Assembly (NCBI GenBank): GCA_040772685.1
Contig: JAXGXQ010000001.1
Location: forward strand, 639,324 to 703,323
Source: Clostridia bacterium
GTDB lineage: Bacteria; Bacillota; Clostridia; Saccharofermentanales; UBA5734
Reading direction: 5' to 3'
Length of the DNA: 64,000 nucleotides
Below are positions 34,679 through 44,798 of the stretch, piece after piece. The translations under genes were made by a program, and so were the position numbers. Numbering within the stretch: the stretch's first letter is position 1; each line of letters opens with the position of its first letter. The notes under the pieces are model-generated. The model had not been told where the DNA came from, did no database searches, and worked only from the letters and a program-made list of their open reading frames with translations.

Positions 34679-37600
34679 ATGCCAAAAAGGACAGATATCC
34701 ACAGGATCCTGATCATCGGCTCCGGACCGATTATTATCGGCCAGGCCTGCGAGTTCGACTATTCCGGCACCCAGGCCTGCAAAGCCTTGCGCAATCTGGG
34801 TTACGAGATCATTCTGGTCAACTCTAACCCTGCTACAATTATGACCGATCCTGAAATCGCCGATGTTACTTATATTGAGCCGCTCAATGTCGAGCGCCTG
34901 ACAGAAATTATCGCCAAGGAACGCCCTGACGCGGTTCTGCCCAATCTGGGCGGCCAGTCGGCACTCAATCTGTGTCTCGAATTGAATAAAGCCGGTGTGT
35001 TTGAGCACTATGGCGTCAAAGTAATCGGTGTCCAGGTGGACGCGATCGAACGCGGTGAAGACCGCATCGCTTTCAAAGAAGAAATGGGCCGGCTCAACAT
35101 CGACATCCCGGCAAGCAAGCCTGCCTACAGCATTGCCGAGGCGGAAGAGATAGCCTGCGAACTGGGCTACCCTGTTGTTATCCGGCCGGCTTTCACAATG
35201 GGCGGTACCGGCGGCGGCCTGGTCTACAATGTTGATGAACTGCGGGTTGTCGCTCAGCGCGGCATCAGCGCCAGTATGGTGGGGCAAATCCTGGTTGAGG
35301 AATCGGTGCTGGGCTGGGAAGAGCTGGAGCTGGAAGTTGTCCGCGACGCCAAAAACCAGATGATCACAGTCTGCTTCATCGAAAATATCGATGCGGTCGG
35401 CGTGCACACTGGTGATTCACTTTGCGCCGCTCCCATGCTGACAATCAGTGAAGAGCTGCAAAGGCGTCTACAGCGCTACGCCTATGCTGTTGTGGAGGCT
35501 ATCCAGGTTATCGGCGGAACCAACGTGCAGTTCGCCTATAACCCGCAAACCGACCGAATAGTCATAATTGAAATCAATCCACGCACCTCGCGTTCTTCGG
35601 CGCTGGCTTCCAAAGCCACCGGCTTCCCCATCGCCCTGATTTCGGCAATGCTGGCAGTCGGACTGACGCTGGACGAAATACCCTATTGGCGCGATGGCAC
35701 GCTTGATCGCTATACCCCTCACGCTGACTATGTCGTGATCAAATTCGCCCGCTGGGCTTTCGAGAAATTCAAAGGTGTTGAGGACAAGCTTGGCACGCAG
35801 ATGCGGGCAGTCGGTGAAGTAATGAGCATCGGCAAAACCTACAAGGAGGCTCTACAGAAAGCTGTCCGTTCGCTTGAAATCGGCCGCTACGGGCTGGGTT
35901 TCGCCAAAGATTTCCACGAAAAATCGTTGACTGAGCTGCTGGCTATGCTGGTTGAACCGAGCAGCGAACGCCAGTTTATTATTTACGAAGCCCTGCGTAA
36001 GGGTGCTGACATTGACCAGCTCAACCGCTTAACCTACATCAAGCCTTATTATTTGCAACAGATGCTGGAACTGGTTGAGTTGGAAGAAGAAATTCTCAAC
36101 GGCTGCTGCAACGGGCTGCCTGACTATCTGCTGATCAAAGCCAAAAAAGACGGTTTTTCCGACCGCTATCTTGCGCAGCTGACCGGCAGCAGCGAAACCG
36201 AAATTCGCGAACGGCGGCTGTCACTTGGTCTCAGTGAAGCCTGGGAGGCAGTTCCGGTCAGCGGGGTTGAGGATTCTGCCTACTATTATTCCACCTATAA
36301 CGCCGCCGATGAGACGACTGTCAGCTCCAAGCCCAAGGTTATGGTGCTGGGCGGCGGCCCCAACCGGATCGGCCAGGGTATTGAATTTGACTACTGCTGT
36401 GTTCACACCGCATTTACCCTGCGCGACCTTGGCTATGAAACGGTAATGGTCAACTGCAACCCGGAAACAGTCTCCACCGATTACGATACCTCGGATAAGC
36501 TTTATTTCGAGCCGCTGACAGTTGAGGACGTCCTCAGCATCTACAATAAGGAAAAGCCGCTTGGCATTATTGTCCAGTTCGGCGGGCAGACTCCGCTCAA
36601 TATCGCCGACGAGCTGCAGGCGGCCGGTTGCCACATACTGGGCACATCACCGGCCACAATCGACCTGGCCGAGGACCGCGACCAGTTCCGGCAGATAATG
36701 GAAGAGCTGCAGATCCCGATGCCGGAATCAGGCATGGCCGTCAATATGGCTGAAGCACTCGCCATAGCTGCCCGGCTGGGTTACCCGCTGATGGTCCGCC
36801 CTTCTTACGTGCTCGGCGGCCGCGGGATGGAAGTTGTGCACGACGAAGGCATGCTGCGCCAGTACATGGCGGCAGCCGTTGGTGTCACACCCTACCGGCC
36901 GATTCTGATCGACCGTTTCCTCGGTCATGCTTTGGAATGTGAGGCTGATGCGATCTCTGACGGCAAAGAAGCATTTGTGCCGGCTGTAATGGAACACATT
37001 GAGTACGCCGGCATTCACTCCGGCGACTCTGCCTGCGTTATTCCACCAGTCAGTATAGAGCCGCGTCATATCGACACGATTATTGATTATACTCAAAAAA
37101 TTGCCAAGAAGCTGAATGTTGTCGGCTTGATGAACATGCAGTATGCGATTGCTGACGATAAAGTCTATGTCTTGGAAGCAAACCCGCGTGCCTCCAGAAC
37201 CGTGCCGCTAGTTTCCAAAATCTGCAACATCCCCATGGCCCGCCTGGCTACAGAACTGGTAATGAACGCCGAAGAAGCCAGATTGGCAAAAGCATCTGCG
37301 GAATCCGGTATGTTACGTCCCTCGCCTCTTAGCGGCCTGACCCGGCTCAAACTGAATCATTTTGGTGTCAAGGAGGCCGTCTTCCCCTTCAATATGTTCC
37401 CGGAGGTAGACCCGATTCTCGGTCCGGAGATGCGTTCCACCGGTGAGGTGCTGGGCATGTCCGATTCCTTTGAAATCGCCTTCTTCAAAGCGCAGGAAGC
37501 AACTCAATCGAGACTGCCAACCTGCGGCACAGTTTTAATCAGCGTAAACGACTCGGATAAAGAAGACGCTCTGGCTGCGGCCAGGCTGTTTGCTGAAATC

Positions 37601-37936
37601 GGCTTCAACCTGCGGGCTACTGCTGGAACCTGCCGTTTTCTGCAGGAACACGGGGTAGCTGCTGAGCCGATCAACAAACTGCAAGAAGGCCGCCCCAACA
37701 TCACTGACGCCATTGCCAATGGTGAGATCCAGCTGGTAATTAATACGCCCTCCGGCGCACGCAGCTCCACGGACGATTCTTACATCCGCAAATCAGCAAT
37801 CAGGAACAAAATTCCCTACATCACAACCATGACAGCCGCTTTGGCCAGCGCCCGCGGGATCGCAGCCGTGCTGAGTTCAGATGCTGCTCAGCATCCCTTG
37901 AAATCGTTGCAGGAATACCACGCCGCGATCAAGTAA
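34679..37936 (+). CDS. carB: Carbamoyl-phosphate synthase large subunit
   Basis: 1085 aa, duplicated ATP-grasp halves (ILIIGSGPIIIGQACEFDYSG, VMVLGGGPNRIGQGIEFDYC) and a C-terminal MGS-like domain. Confidence 0.95.
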   Translation: MPKRTDIHRILIIGSGPIIIGQACEFDYSGTQACKALRNLGYEIILVNSNPATIMTDPEIADVTYIEPLNVERLTEIIAKERPDAVLPNLGGQSALNLCLELNKAGVFEHYGVKVIGVQVDAIERGEDRIAFKEEMGRLNIDIPASKPAYSIAEAEEIACELGYPVVIRPAFTMGGTGGGLVYNVDELRVVAQRGISASMVGQILVEESVLGWEELELEVVRDAKNQMITVCFIENIDAVGVHTGDSLCAAPMLTISEELQRRLQRYAYAVVEAIQVIGGTNVQFAYNPQTDRIVIIEINPRTSRSSALASKATGFPIALISAMLAVGLTLDEIPYWRDGTLDRYTPHADYVVIKFARWAFEKFKGVEDKLGTQMRAVGEVMSIGKTYKEALQKAVRSLEIGRYGLGFAKDFHEKSLTELLAMLVEPSSERQFIIYEALRKGADIDQLNRLTYIKPYYLQQMLELVELEEEILNGCCNGLPDYLLIKAKKDGFSDRYLAQLTGSSETEIRERRLSLGLSEAWEAVPVSGVEDSAYYYSTYNAADETTVSSKPKVMVLGGGPNRIGQGIEFDYCCVHTAFTLRDLGYETVMVNCNPETVSTDYDTSDKLYFEPLTVEDVLSIYNKEKPLGIIVQFGGQTPLNIADELQAAGCHILGTSPATIDLAEDRDQFRQIMEELQIPMPESGMAVNMAEALAIAARLGYPLMVRPSYVLGGRGMEVVHDEGMLRQYMAAAVGVTPYRPILIDRFLGHALECEADAISDGKEAFVPAVMEHIEYAGIHSGDSACVIPPVSIEPRHIDTIIDYTQKIAKKLNVVGLMNMQYAIADDKVYVLEANPRASRTVPLVSKICNIPMARLATELVMNAEEARLAKASAESGMLRPSPLSGLTRLKLNHFGVKEAVFPFNMFPEVDPILGPEMRSTGEVLGMSDSFEIAFFKAQEATQSRLPTCGTVLISVNDSDKEDALAAARLFAEIGFNLRATAGTCRFLQEHGVAAEPINKLQEGRPNITDAIANGEIQLVINTPSGARSSTDDSYIRKSAIRNKIPYITTMTAALASARGIAAVLSSDAAQHPLKSLQEYHAAIK

Positions 37937-38012
37937 GACAATCGCCAGCGCCAGGAACGAGAAATAAATCATTATTACTGCAGCGGAAAACTATGTTTAA
38001 TTAAGCTTAAGC

Positions 38013-40283
38013 TCAGCCGCCGTGCCGCAGACAATTTTCAAACGGATTCGTGCAAGGCTGGCCAATCAAAACAACAACCGAACGCGGCTCGAGCGTCAGA
38101 CGACGCCCGGGCCGTTTCATTTTCGCTGGATCCGAGACAACATCCTCGCCAAATGGCCTGGTTGTGTCGATAGCGATCCGCCAATCGAAGCACTCCGGCA
38201 ATCCTGGCAGCTGGATTGTCTGCTTTTTCCAGTGAGCGTTAACCGCAATATACAGGATGTCATCGGGCGCGTCCGGCAGAAGTGCTACGCAAGTTGCCGG
38301 CAAATCATGCCGCTGAGAAAATCCGCCCGGCGGCATATCCGCGCAGTCGGGCCTTTCCTTATCAAAACCATTGCGGTCGCGGCCGGCAAACATGACCCCG
38401 ATTGTATGCAGATCGTGGTTGTTCGGCAGTTCCCAGGCCTTGAAACTATGAAAACTGGTCAGCGGCAAGGCGCAATCAGCTGGGCCGCAGCAGGCTTGCA
38501 GCACAGGATGTGATTTTCGGAATTTGATTAACTGCTGCACAAACGTGAATAAATCCTTGTTTCTTTCAAGATCCTGCCAGTTCAGCCAGGAAATTTCGTT
38601 ATCCTGACAATAAGGATTGTTATTGCCATTCTGGCTGTTACCGAATTCGTCTCCGGCCAGCAACATGGTTACGCCCTTGCTGGTCAGCAGCACAGTCAAA
38701 GCGTTTTTATACAAACGCTGTCTTAGCGCCAGCACTTGAGGATCTGACGTCTCCCCTTCAACCCCGCAGTTCCAGCTATGGTTGTAGTTTTCTCCATCAG
38801 CATTATTCCAGCCATTGGCTTCATTGTGTTTTTCGTTATAGGCATAAAGATCATGAAGGGTAAACCCATCGTGACAGGTGATAAAATTCACCGAGGCTTG
38901 CTCCCCGCGATGGGCCGGGTCATAAATATCCTGTGAACCGGCTATGCGGTTAGCAGCCAGGCGTGCCATGCCCGGATCACCTTTAAGAAACATTCGCAGT
39001 TCGTCACGATAGCGGCCGTTCCATTCTGACCAGCGCCGCCAGGAGGGAAAGCTGCCGACCTGGTACAAACCGCCGGCGTCCCAGGCTTCAGCAATCAGCT
39101 TCACCCTAGCCAGAATCGGGTCGAATGCCAGATTCTGCAGCAACGGCGGCTGGCTCATCGGCATACCGTCCTCGTTGCGGCCCAGTATCGATGCCAGATC
39201 AAAACGGAAGCCATCCACTCTGTATTCTGTTACCCAGTAGCGCAGAGCATCGAGAACAAAACGCTGCACAACAGGATGGTTGCTGTTTATGGTGTTACCA
39301 ACGCCACTATAGTTTTTATAACCGCCTTTTTCATCCAGCATGTAATAAATGTTGTTGTCGAGGCCTTTAAAGGAAATCACCGGGCCGTTTTCGTTGCCTT
39401 CCGCTGTATGGTTGAAAACGACGTCGAGAATTACTTCGATACCGTTTTCGTGTAAAGCCCGGATGAGCGATTTTAATTCGTTGCCTTCACGGTTGTATTC
39501 CAGAGCGCTGGTATATGCTGTATTGGGTGCGAAGAAACCGACAGTGTTGTAGCCCCAATAATCGTACAACTTGTTGCCTTCGTGTTCGCGAGCGTCGCGC
39601 AGTTCGTCAAATTCAAAAACGGGCATCAGTTCAACAGCATTTACTCCTAAGGATTTAAGGTAGGGGATTTTTTCGATCAAGCCTTTATAGGTGCCAGGGT
39701 TTTTCACACCCGATGATTCATGACGCGTATAACCGCGTACATGCAGTTCATAAATTATCAGATCCTGCATCGGAATCAACAGCTGCGGTGCGGTTCCCCA
39801 GTCAAAATCACTGACCACAACCCGTGAACGGTAATGGCCGCTGGTTGGCAGCCGCTGGCCCCATTGACTCTGACCGGTGACAGCCCGGGCATATGGATCG
39901 AGTAGATACTTGTTTTTGTCGAACAACAGTCCTTTTTCCGGGTTCCATTCGCCGTCAATGCTGAAGGCGTATTCAAACTCAAAGATATCCAGACCGAAGA
40001 CAATCATGGAATGAACATTGCCGATGCGGTAGCGTTGCGGAAACGGAATAATTGCGTAGGGTTCGGCTGTCTCACGTTTAAACAGTACCAGGCTGCATTT
40101 TGTTGCGCCTTGTGAAGTGACAGTGAAGCTGACGCCGCCCGGCACAACAACAGCGCCGCTGTCCAGGTAAAGGCCCGGCCGCAGCAGAAAACCCTCGTAT
40201 TCATCGATCGGGGACAGGTTCTTAAACATTGATTGATAATATGTTAATGATTGATCGTGTTCCCATTGGCTGTTGATTTCCAT
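38013..40283 (-). CDS. glgX: Glycogen debranching enzyme / isoamylase-type GH13 (GlgX-like) with extended C-terminus
   Basis: Start moved to ATG 40283 (GAGGTG upstream). GH13 regions DVVFNHT, GFRFDLAS, IAEAWD, FITCHDGF. Confidence 0.85.
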   Translation of the reverse strand: MEINSQWEHDQSLTYYQSMFKNLSPIDEYEGFLLRPGLYLDSGAVVVPGGVSFTVTSQGATKCSLVLFKRETAEPYAIIPFPQRYRIGNVHSMIVFGLDIFEFEYAFSIDGEWNPEKGLLFDKNKYLLDPYARAVTGQSQWGQRLPTSGHYRSRVVVSDFDWGTAPQLLIPMQDLIIYELHVRGYTRHESSGVKNPGTYKGLIEKIPYLKSLGVNAVELMPVFEFDELRDAREHEGNKLYDYWGYNTVGFFAPNTAYTSALEYNREGNELKSLIRALHENGIEVILDVVFNHTAEGNENGPVISFKGLDNNIYYMLDEKGGYKNYSGVGNTINSNHPVVQRFVLDALRYWVTEYRVDGFRFDLASILGRNEDGMPMSQPPLLQNLAFDPILARVKLIAEAWDAGGLYQVGSFPSWRRWSEWNGRYRDELRMFLKGDPGMARLAANRIAGSQDIYDPAHRGEQASVNFITCHDGFTLHDLYAYNEKHNEANGWNNADGENYNHSWNCGVEGETSDPQVLALRQRLYKNALTVLLTSKGVTMLLAGDEFGNSQNGNNNPYCQDNEISWLNWQDLERNKDLFTFVQQLIKFRKSHPVLQACCGPADCALPLTSFHSFKAWELPNNHDLHTIGVMFAGRDRNGFDKERPDCADMPPGGFSQRHDLPATCVALLPDAPDDILYIAVNAHWKKQTIQLPGLPECFDWRIAIDTTRPFGEDVVSDPAKMKRPGRRLTLEPRSVVVLIGQPCTNPFENCLRHGG

Positions 40284-40495
40284 GGCCACCTCAATTTCTA
40301 AGTGCTCGATTGTTAAAGCTGGTTCAAGTTTAGCAAACAGACACAAGAATGTGAATGAATTTGAAACTTTCAGTTGCGAAAAATTGACTACTCTGCCAAA
40401 ATAAAACAGATTGCAAAAATTGCACCCTTATTCTATTCCCTTTACTTTGAGCAAGCTGCCAACTTGCTGTGCTACTGTTATTTTTTTGGAGAAGT

Positions 40496-41410
40496 ATGAC
40501 CAGTTTATTTCGTTTGAAGCTAATTGCCGCTATTTTGAGCGTTTGCCTGCTTTTTTCACTGACCGCCTGTGCTATAAATGAAGCACAAATATCCGGTGAC
40601 TCATCCACCGAAACCACTGCAACAACTAAGGTTGCGCCATCTGACACTACAACCGGACAAACGGTGGCAGAAAATTCACCAGCAACTTTGCCCACAGCTA
40701 CCCTGGCTGTAGAACCAGACGTAAATGAAATAGATAATTATCTTCAGCGTTCCGGCGCGAACCTGATACCGACAAGCACAACTGCAACCTCTGCTCAAAC
40801 CACTAACAGAGCGGCTGCGCTGCCCACAGCCGGACCAACAGCAGCACCTGCAGCGAGGCCAACAGCGGTACCAACAGCCAGGTATACAGCGGCACCTACT
40901 CCTACGCCCAGACCCACACCAAAACCGACTGTTGCGCCTACACCAATACCTACGCCAAAACCCACACCAAAACCAACTGTGGCACCAACAACGGCACCGC
41001 CCACAACTGGCTTAACCGCTGCGCAATGGTGCGCTGAAATTTTTCGGCTGACTAATGTCGAACGGGCCAAGGCAGGCCTGCCGGCCTTGAAAACCGGGAC
41101 AACAGCTCTGGCCAAAGCGGCCGCTGTCCGTGCCAGCGAAATTATCAGCGCATACAGTCACGTGCGCCCGAACGGTTCCTACTTCTCGACCGTATTGGCT
41201 GAGAATGGCATTGCCTGGTCCGCAACAGCAGAAAACCTCTTTTGCGGCACCGCGGATAGATATTCGCCTGCGGATGTTATGTTGAAATGGATGAATTCTT
41301 CCGGTCATCGCGCTAACATACTAAACAAGAACCAGACAATGCTCTCTGTTGGTTATGTCCGCTCCGGCGGTAAGGGGTATTTTGTCCAGCTCTTTATTAA
41401 GCCGAAATAA
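40496..41410 (+). CDS. CAP/SCP/PR1-like domain lipoprotein with Pro/Thr/Ala-rich repeat linker
   Basis: Start moved to ATG 40496 (GGAGAA upstream). Lipobox LTAC, repeats PTPKPTVAPT, C-terminal CAP domain (NVERAKAGLPAL, WMNSSGHRANIL). Confidence 0.8.
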   Translation: MTSLFRLKLIAAILSVCLLFSLTACAINEAQISGDSSTETTATTKVAPSDTTTGQTVAENSPATLPTATLAVEPDVNEIDNYLQRSGANLIPTSTTATSAQTTNRAAALPTAGPTAAPAARPTAVPTARYTAAPTPTPRPTPKPTVAPTPIPTPKPTPKPTVAPTTAPPTTGLTAAQWCAEIFRLTNVERAKAGLPALKTGTTALAKAAAVRASEIISAYSHVRPNGSYFSTVLAENGIAWSATAENLFCGTADRYSPADVMLKWMNSSGHRANILNKNQTMLSVGYVRSGGKGYFVQLFIKPK

Positions 41411-41461
41411 TCCCGTCACCAACAGCAGAACCCGGTTTGCCTGAAAGCGAGACCTAAGGAC

Positions 41462-42868
41462 TTGAAGAAGATAACTGAAGATTCTGTCTGCGAAACTAAT
41501 CAGCACAACGATTTTTCGCGTGGCTCAATTGCCGGCAATATCATGGGCATGGCTTTGCCGATGATGCTGGCTCAGTTTGTCCACCTGCTTTATAATATTG
41601 TTGACCGGTTTTACATCGGCCTGATGCCTGAAGACTCCTTTACAGCGCTCACCGCCCTTGGAGTCTGCCTGCCGGCAATTACTATTGTGCTGGCCTTCGC
41701 CAATCTGTTTGGCATGGGAGGCGGTCCTCTCTGCTCGATCGAACGCGGGCGCAATAATCTTGAAGAAGCTGAGCGCATTATGAACAACAGCTTCGTCCTG
41801 CTGGTTGGCAGCGGTCTGTTGTTGATGATAATTGGCCTGATCATAAAACGTCCGATGCTCTACGCATTTGGCGCCAGTGATATTACCTACCCTTTCGCCG
41901 ACCAGTATCTGACAATTTATCTATCAGGAAATGTGTTTGTGACAATTAGCCTGGGAATGAACCATTTTATCAATTCTCAGGGTTTTTCCCGCATAGGTAT
42001 GATGACTGTTGTCCTTGGCGCTGTAAGCAACATCATTCTCGACCCGATTTTTATTTTTACTTTAAACATGGGAGTGCGCGGTGCAGCTTTGGCGTCGGTC
42101 ATCTCCCAGTTTCTCTCCGCTTTATGGGTTATCCGCTTTCTTACCAGTCGTAAAGCGATCCTGCACCTGCGTTTGCCGGCCATGAGCCTGGAGAAAGTGC
42201 GGGTGCGCAAAATAGTGGCACTCGGCACTTCCGGTTTTGTCATGCAATTTACCAACTTCCTGGTGCAGGTGGTGTACAATGCCAGCTTGCAGCGTTTCGG
42301 CGGCGACTTATACGTTGGTATCATGACCGTAATCAACAGTGTACGAGAAATTGTAACGTTGCCCGTTTCCGGTCTTTCGAACGGCGCGCAACCTGTTATC
42401 GGCTACAACTACGGGGCCGGCAGGTACGACCGGGTAAAGCAGGCAATCCGTTACACCGTTATTGCCGGTATGATTTTCACCACAACAGTCTGGCTGCTGC
42501 TCTTGCTATTTCCCGGATTCTTTATTCGCATATTCAATCGGGACCCGGCGGTGGTCGCCGCCGGTATCCCTATGCTGCGCATTTACTTCGCAGCTTTCCT
42601 GACAATGTCGTTGCAGTTTGGCGGGCAGACAACCTTTGTGGCGCTCGGCCAGGCAAGGTATGCCATCTTCTTCTCCCTGTTCCGCAAAGTTATTCTGGTA
42701 ATTCCACTGGCGCTGATTCTGCCGCGTGTTGCTGGTCTGGATTGGATCGGCATCTTTCTGTCAGAGCCGATCTCAGACGTAGTCGGCGGTTCCGCCAGCT
42801 TTCTTACTATGCTTTATGTTGTGCGGCGTCTGCTGCGAGAAGAGGCAGTCAGCCAAACATGCCCTTGA
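41462..42868 (+). CDS. MATE family efflux transporter
   Basis: 468 aa, 12 TM, N-terminal GSIAGNIMGMALPMMLAQFVHLLYNIVDRFYIG. TTG start with weak RBS spacing. Confidence 0.85.
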   Translation: MKKITEDSVCETNQHNDFSRGSIAGNIMGMALPMMLAQFVHLLYNIVDRFYIGLMPEDSFTALTALGVCLPAITIVLAFANLFGMGGGPLCSIERGRNNLEEAERIMNNSFVLLVGSGLLLMIIGLIIKRPMLYAFGASDITYPFADQYLTIYLSGNVFVTISLGMNHFINSQGFSRIGMMTVVLGAVSNIILDPIFIFTLNMGVRGAALASVISQFLSALWVIRFLTSRKAILHLRLPAMSLEKVRVRKIVALGTSGFVMQFTNFLVQVVYNASLQRFGGDLYVGIMTVINSVREIVTLPVSGLSNGAQPVIGYNYGAGRYDRVKQAIRYTVIAGMIFTTTVWLLLLLFPGFFIRIFNRDPAVVAAGIPMLRIYFAAFLTMSLQFGGQTTFVALGQARYAIFFSLFRKVILVIPLALILPRVAGLDWIGIFLSEPISDVVGGSASFLTMLYVVRRLLREEAVSQTCP

Positions 42869-43076
42869 GTTTGTCAACAACTCCGCCTGCTTTATCACCG
42901 GCAAGAGCGGCTTTAGCACCATCAGCAATCTTATTGGTCACATCATCAGGAATGTCTACGCCCAGCAATGATTCGACAGCCTCAACAGGATTGCTTTTGA
43001 ATTTCTCAGCAAAGCCCGGGTCATTTTTGACTTTGTTGACAATTTCTTCGATTTTTTCTTTGATATTAAAATCCAT
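42849..43076 (-). CDS. Small (75 aa) acidic/Lys-rich protein of unknown function, last gene of the C1 operon
   Basis: Strong RBS AAAAAGGAG. Product is non-repetitive, helical-looking and ends in a Gly/Lys tail. Its 3' end overlaps the convergent MATE gene by 20 nt. Confidence 0.6.
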   Translation of the reverse strand: MDFNIKEKIEEIVNKVKNDPGFAEKFKSNPVEAVESLLGVDIPDDVTNKIADGAKAALAGDKAGGVVDKLKGMFG

Positions 43077-43148
43077 CTTGTGACTCCTTTTTCTCTCGGG
43101 AGCAGGTTTGACCGCACACTCCCGCCAAGGGCTTCTGTTCTGTGACTG

Positions 43149-44006
43149 TCAGGCCTGTAGCTGACGCTGGCAAGCAGTCAGCACATTGCGCAGCAACAGC
43201 GCTGAATTTACAGGTCCGACGCCGCCGGGTACGGGTGTTATCGCTTTAACCAGTGAGCTGACCGGTTCGTAATCCACGTCTCCCACCAGCTTGCCTGCGG
43301 AATCAAGGTTAATGCCCACATCGATAACAGAGCTTTCGCTGTTAAAATATTCCGCTCCGAAGAAGTTCGCTTTGCCGATCGCTGCTACCACAATGTCCGC
43401 CGCCGCGGTCACGGCAGGTAAATCACGAGTTTTGGAATGACAAATTGTCACCGTAGCATTTTCATTCAGAAGCATCATGGCCAGCGGCCGTCCAACAACC
43501 ATGCTGCGGTTGACTATGGCCACTTCGCAGCCTGTCAGCGGACCGTGAAAATGCTTGCAGATTTCAACTACAGCTTCAGATGTTGTCGGGAACAGCACAT
43601 CACGCTCCCCCTGGAACAATTTAGCCAGATTCTCCGGGGTTATGCAGTCAATATCCTTAGCGGGATTCAGCAAATGCTTGATTACATCATAATCAAGCTG
43701 GGGCGGCAACGGCCGAAAAATCAAAATGCCGTGAACTTCGCTGTCCTGATTAAGCCGCGCCAGTAAAGCAGTAAAATCAGCCATCGGGATATCTGCGGGA
43801 TTCGCATAAACTCGGGCTTTAACACCTAATTGGTCGCTGCTGCGAATGATGCTGCGTTCGTAAGAAATATCGTCCGGGTTTTCCCCGACTCTAACAATTG
43901 CCAACCCAGGGGCGATCCCTTTTGCAGCCATGATGTTTTCTATATCTGCCTTAACCCGTGCCTTAATTTCCGCAACGAGTTCCTTTGTCTGCCAAATTTC
44001 AGCCAT
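43149..44006 (-). CDS. folD: Bifunctional methylene-THF dehydrogenase / methenyl-THF cyclohydrolase
   Basis: 285 aa, PGLAIVRVGENPDDISYERS, HGILIFRPLP, VVGRPLAMMLL, TPVPGGVGPV. Confidence 0.9.
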   Translation of the reverse strand: MAEIWQTKELVAEIKARVKADIENIMAAKGIAPGLAIVRVGENPDDISYERSIIRSSDQLGVKARVYANPADIPMADFTALLARLNQDSEVHGILIFRPLPPQLDYDVIKHLLNPAKDIDCITPENLAKLFQGERDVLFPTTSEAVVEICKHFHGPLTGCEVAIVNRSMVVGRPLAMMLLNENATVTICHSKTRDLPAVTAAADIVVAAIGKANFFGAEYFNSESSVIDVGINLDSAGKLVGDVDYEPVSSLVKAITPVPGGVGPVNSALLLRNVLTACQRQLQA

Positions 44007-44099
44007 GCTTTGCCTCCTGCTAATTCTTATTATGAGATGCGGTTTATGGGCTTTTGCAGTAAAATATAAACTTTTAACCGCTTAGGCATTAAGTCTGAT

Positions 44100-44723
44100 T
44101 CAGTGCAACTGTGCCTCAACTGTGGCGTAGATCAAGTCGGCCTGTTCACTGCCCCGGGCAACAAGCTCCGTAATTTCTTGTTCCAGCGCTTGCCGCACAG
44201 CAGTATCCTTCAGCAGCTTGGTGTTAATAAAAACGTTAAGTGCGGCACCTTGCAGCGCAGCCTTGCAAAAAGCGGCGCCAACGCCGACATCACTGATAGC
44301 GATGCGGGTGCCGATGCGGGCGTATTCCGCCTGCAGCTCAATAGCCTGCAAGCAGACACGGGCTATTTCCATCGGCGGCTGCACGGCTTCGATCAGCGCT
44401 GCCTGCATGATTTTTCCCCGTTCCAGCTTTTCGGCTTCAGTTGTCTGCGGTAAGCCATAAGCTCGGGAAAGCGGCTGGAAAGCTTCTGCGTCGCGGCTCA
44501 CCAGCAGTTTTAATTGTTCCGTAATTTCTGCTGACTTCAGCAAAAGCTGTTTAATTTCAGGCTCCACCTCGGCGTACTTTTTCCGGCCCAAGGTTAGGTT
44601 GCCAACCATACTGCCTAATGCCATCCCCACTGCTCCGACCAGTGCCGAAGCACCGCCCCCGCCGGGAACAGGTGAGCTTGAAGCCAAATCGGTGATAAAT
44701 TCATTGCAGCTTTGCTCCAGCAT
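44100..44723 (-). CDS. fchA: Cyclodeaminase/cyclohydrolase family protein (methenyl-THF cyclohydrolase FchA-like)
   Basis: 207 aa, all-helical. N-terminus FITDLASSSPVPGGGGASALVGAVG is typical of the formiminotransferase-cyclodeaminase C-terminal domain family. Confidence 0.75.
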   Translation of the reverse strand: MLEQSCNEFITDLASSSPVPGGGGASALVGAVGMALGSMVGNLTLGRKKYAEVEPEIKQLLLKSAEITEQLKLLVSRDAEAFQPLSRAYGLPQTTEAEKLERGKIMQAALIEAVQPPMEIARVCLQAIELQAEYARIGTRIAISDVGVGAAFCKAALQGAALNVFINTKLLKDTAVRQALEQEITELVARGSEQADLIYATVEAQLH

Positions 44724-44798
44724 GGTTAACTCCTTACTGTTTAAACGCTTGAGACATACCGGCCGCTGAACGCTTGTGACAAGCCGGCCGCTAAACGC

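Noticed and set aside
34658-35407. 249-aa ORF antisense to the 5' part of carB
   Set aside because: It lies entirely inside a very well supported carB reading frame. It has no RBS, and its product is Asp/Ala/Gly/Arg-rich, typical of an antisense shadow frame.
40330-40695. 121-aa minus-strand ORF between glgX and the CAP lipoprotein gene
   Set aside because: It overlaps the CAP gene signal peptide region on the opposite strand and the AT-rich promoter region. It has no RBS.
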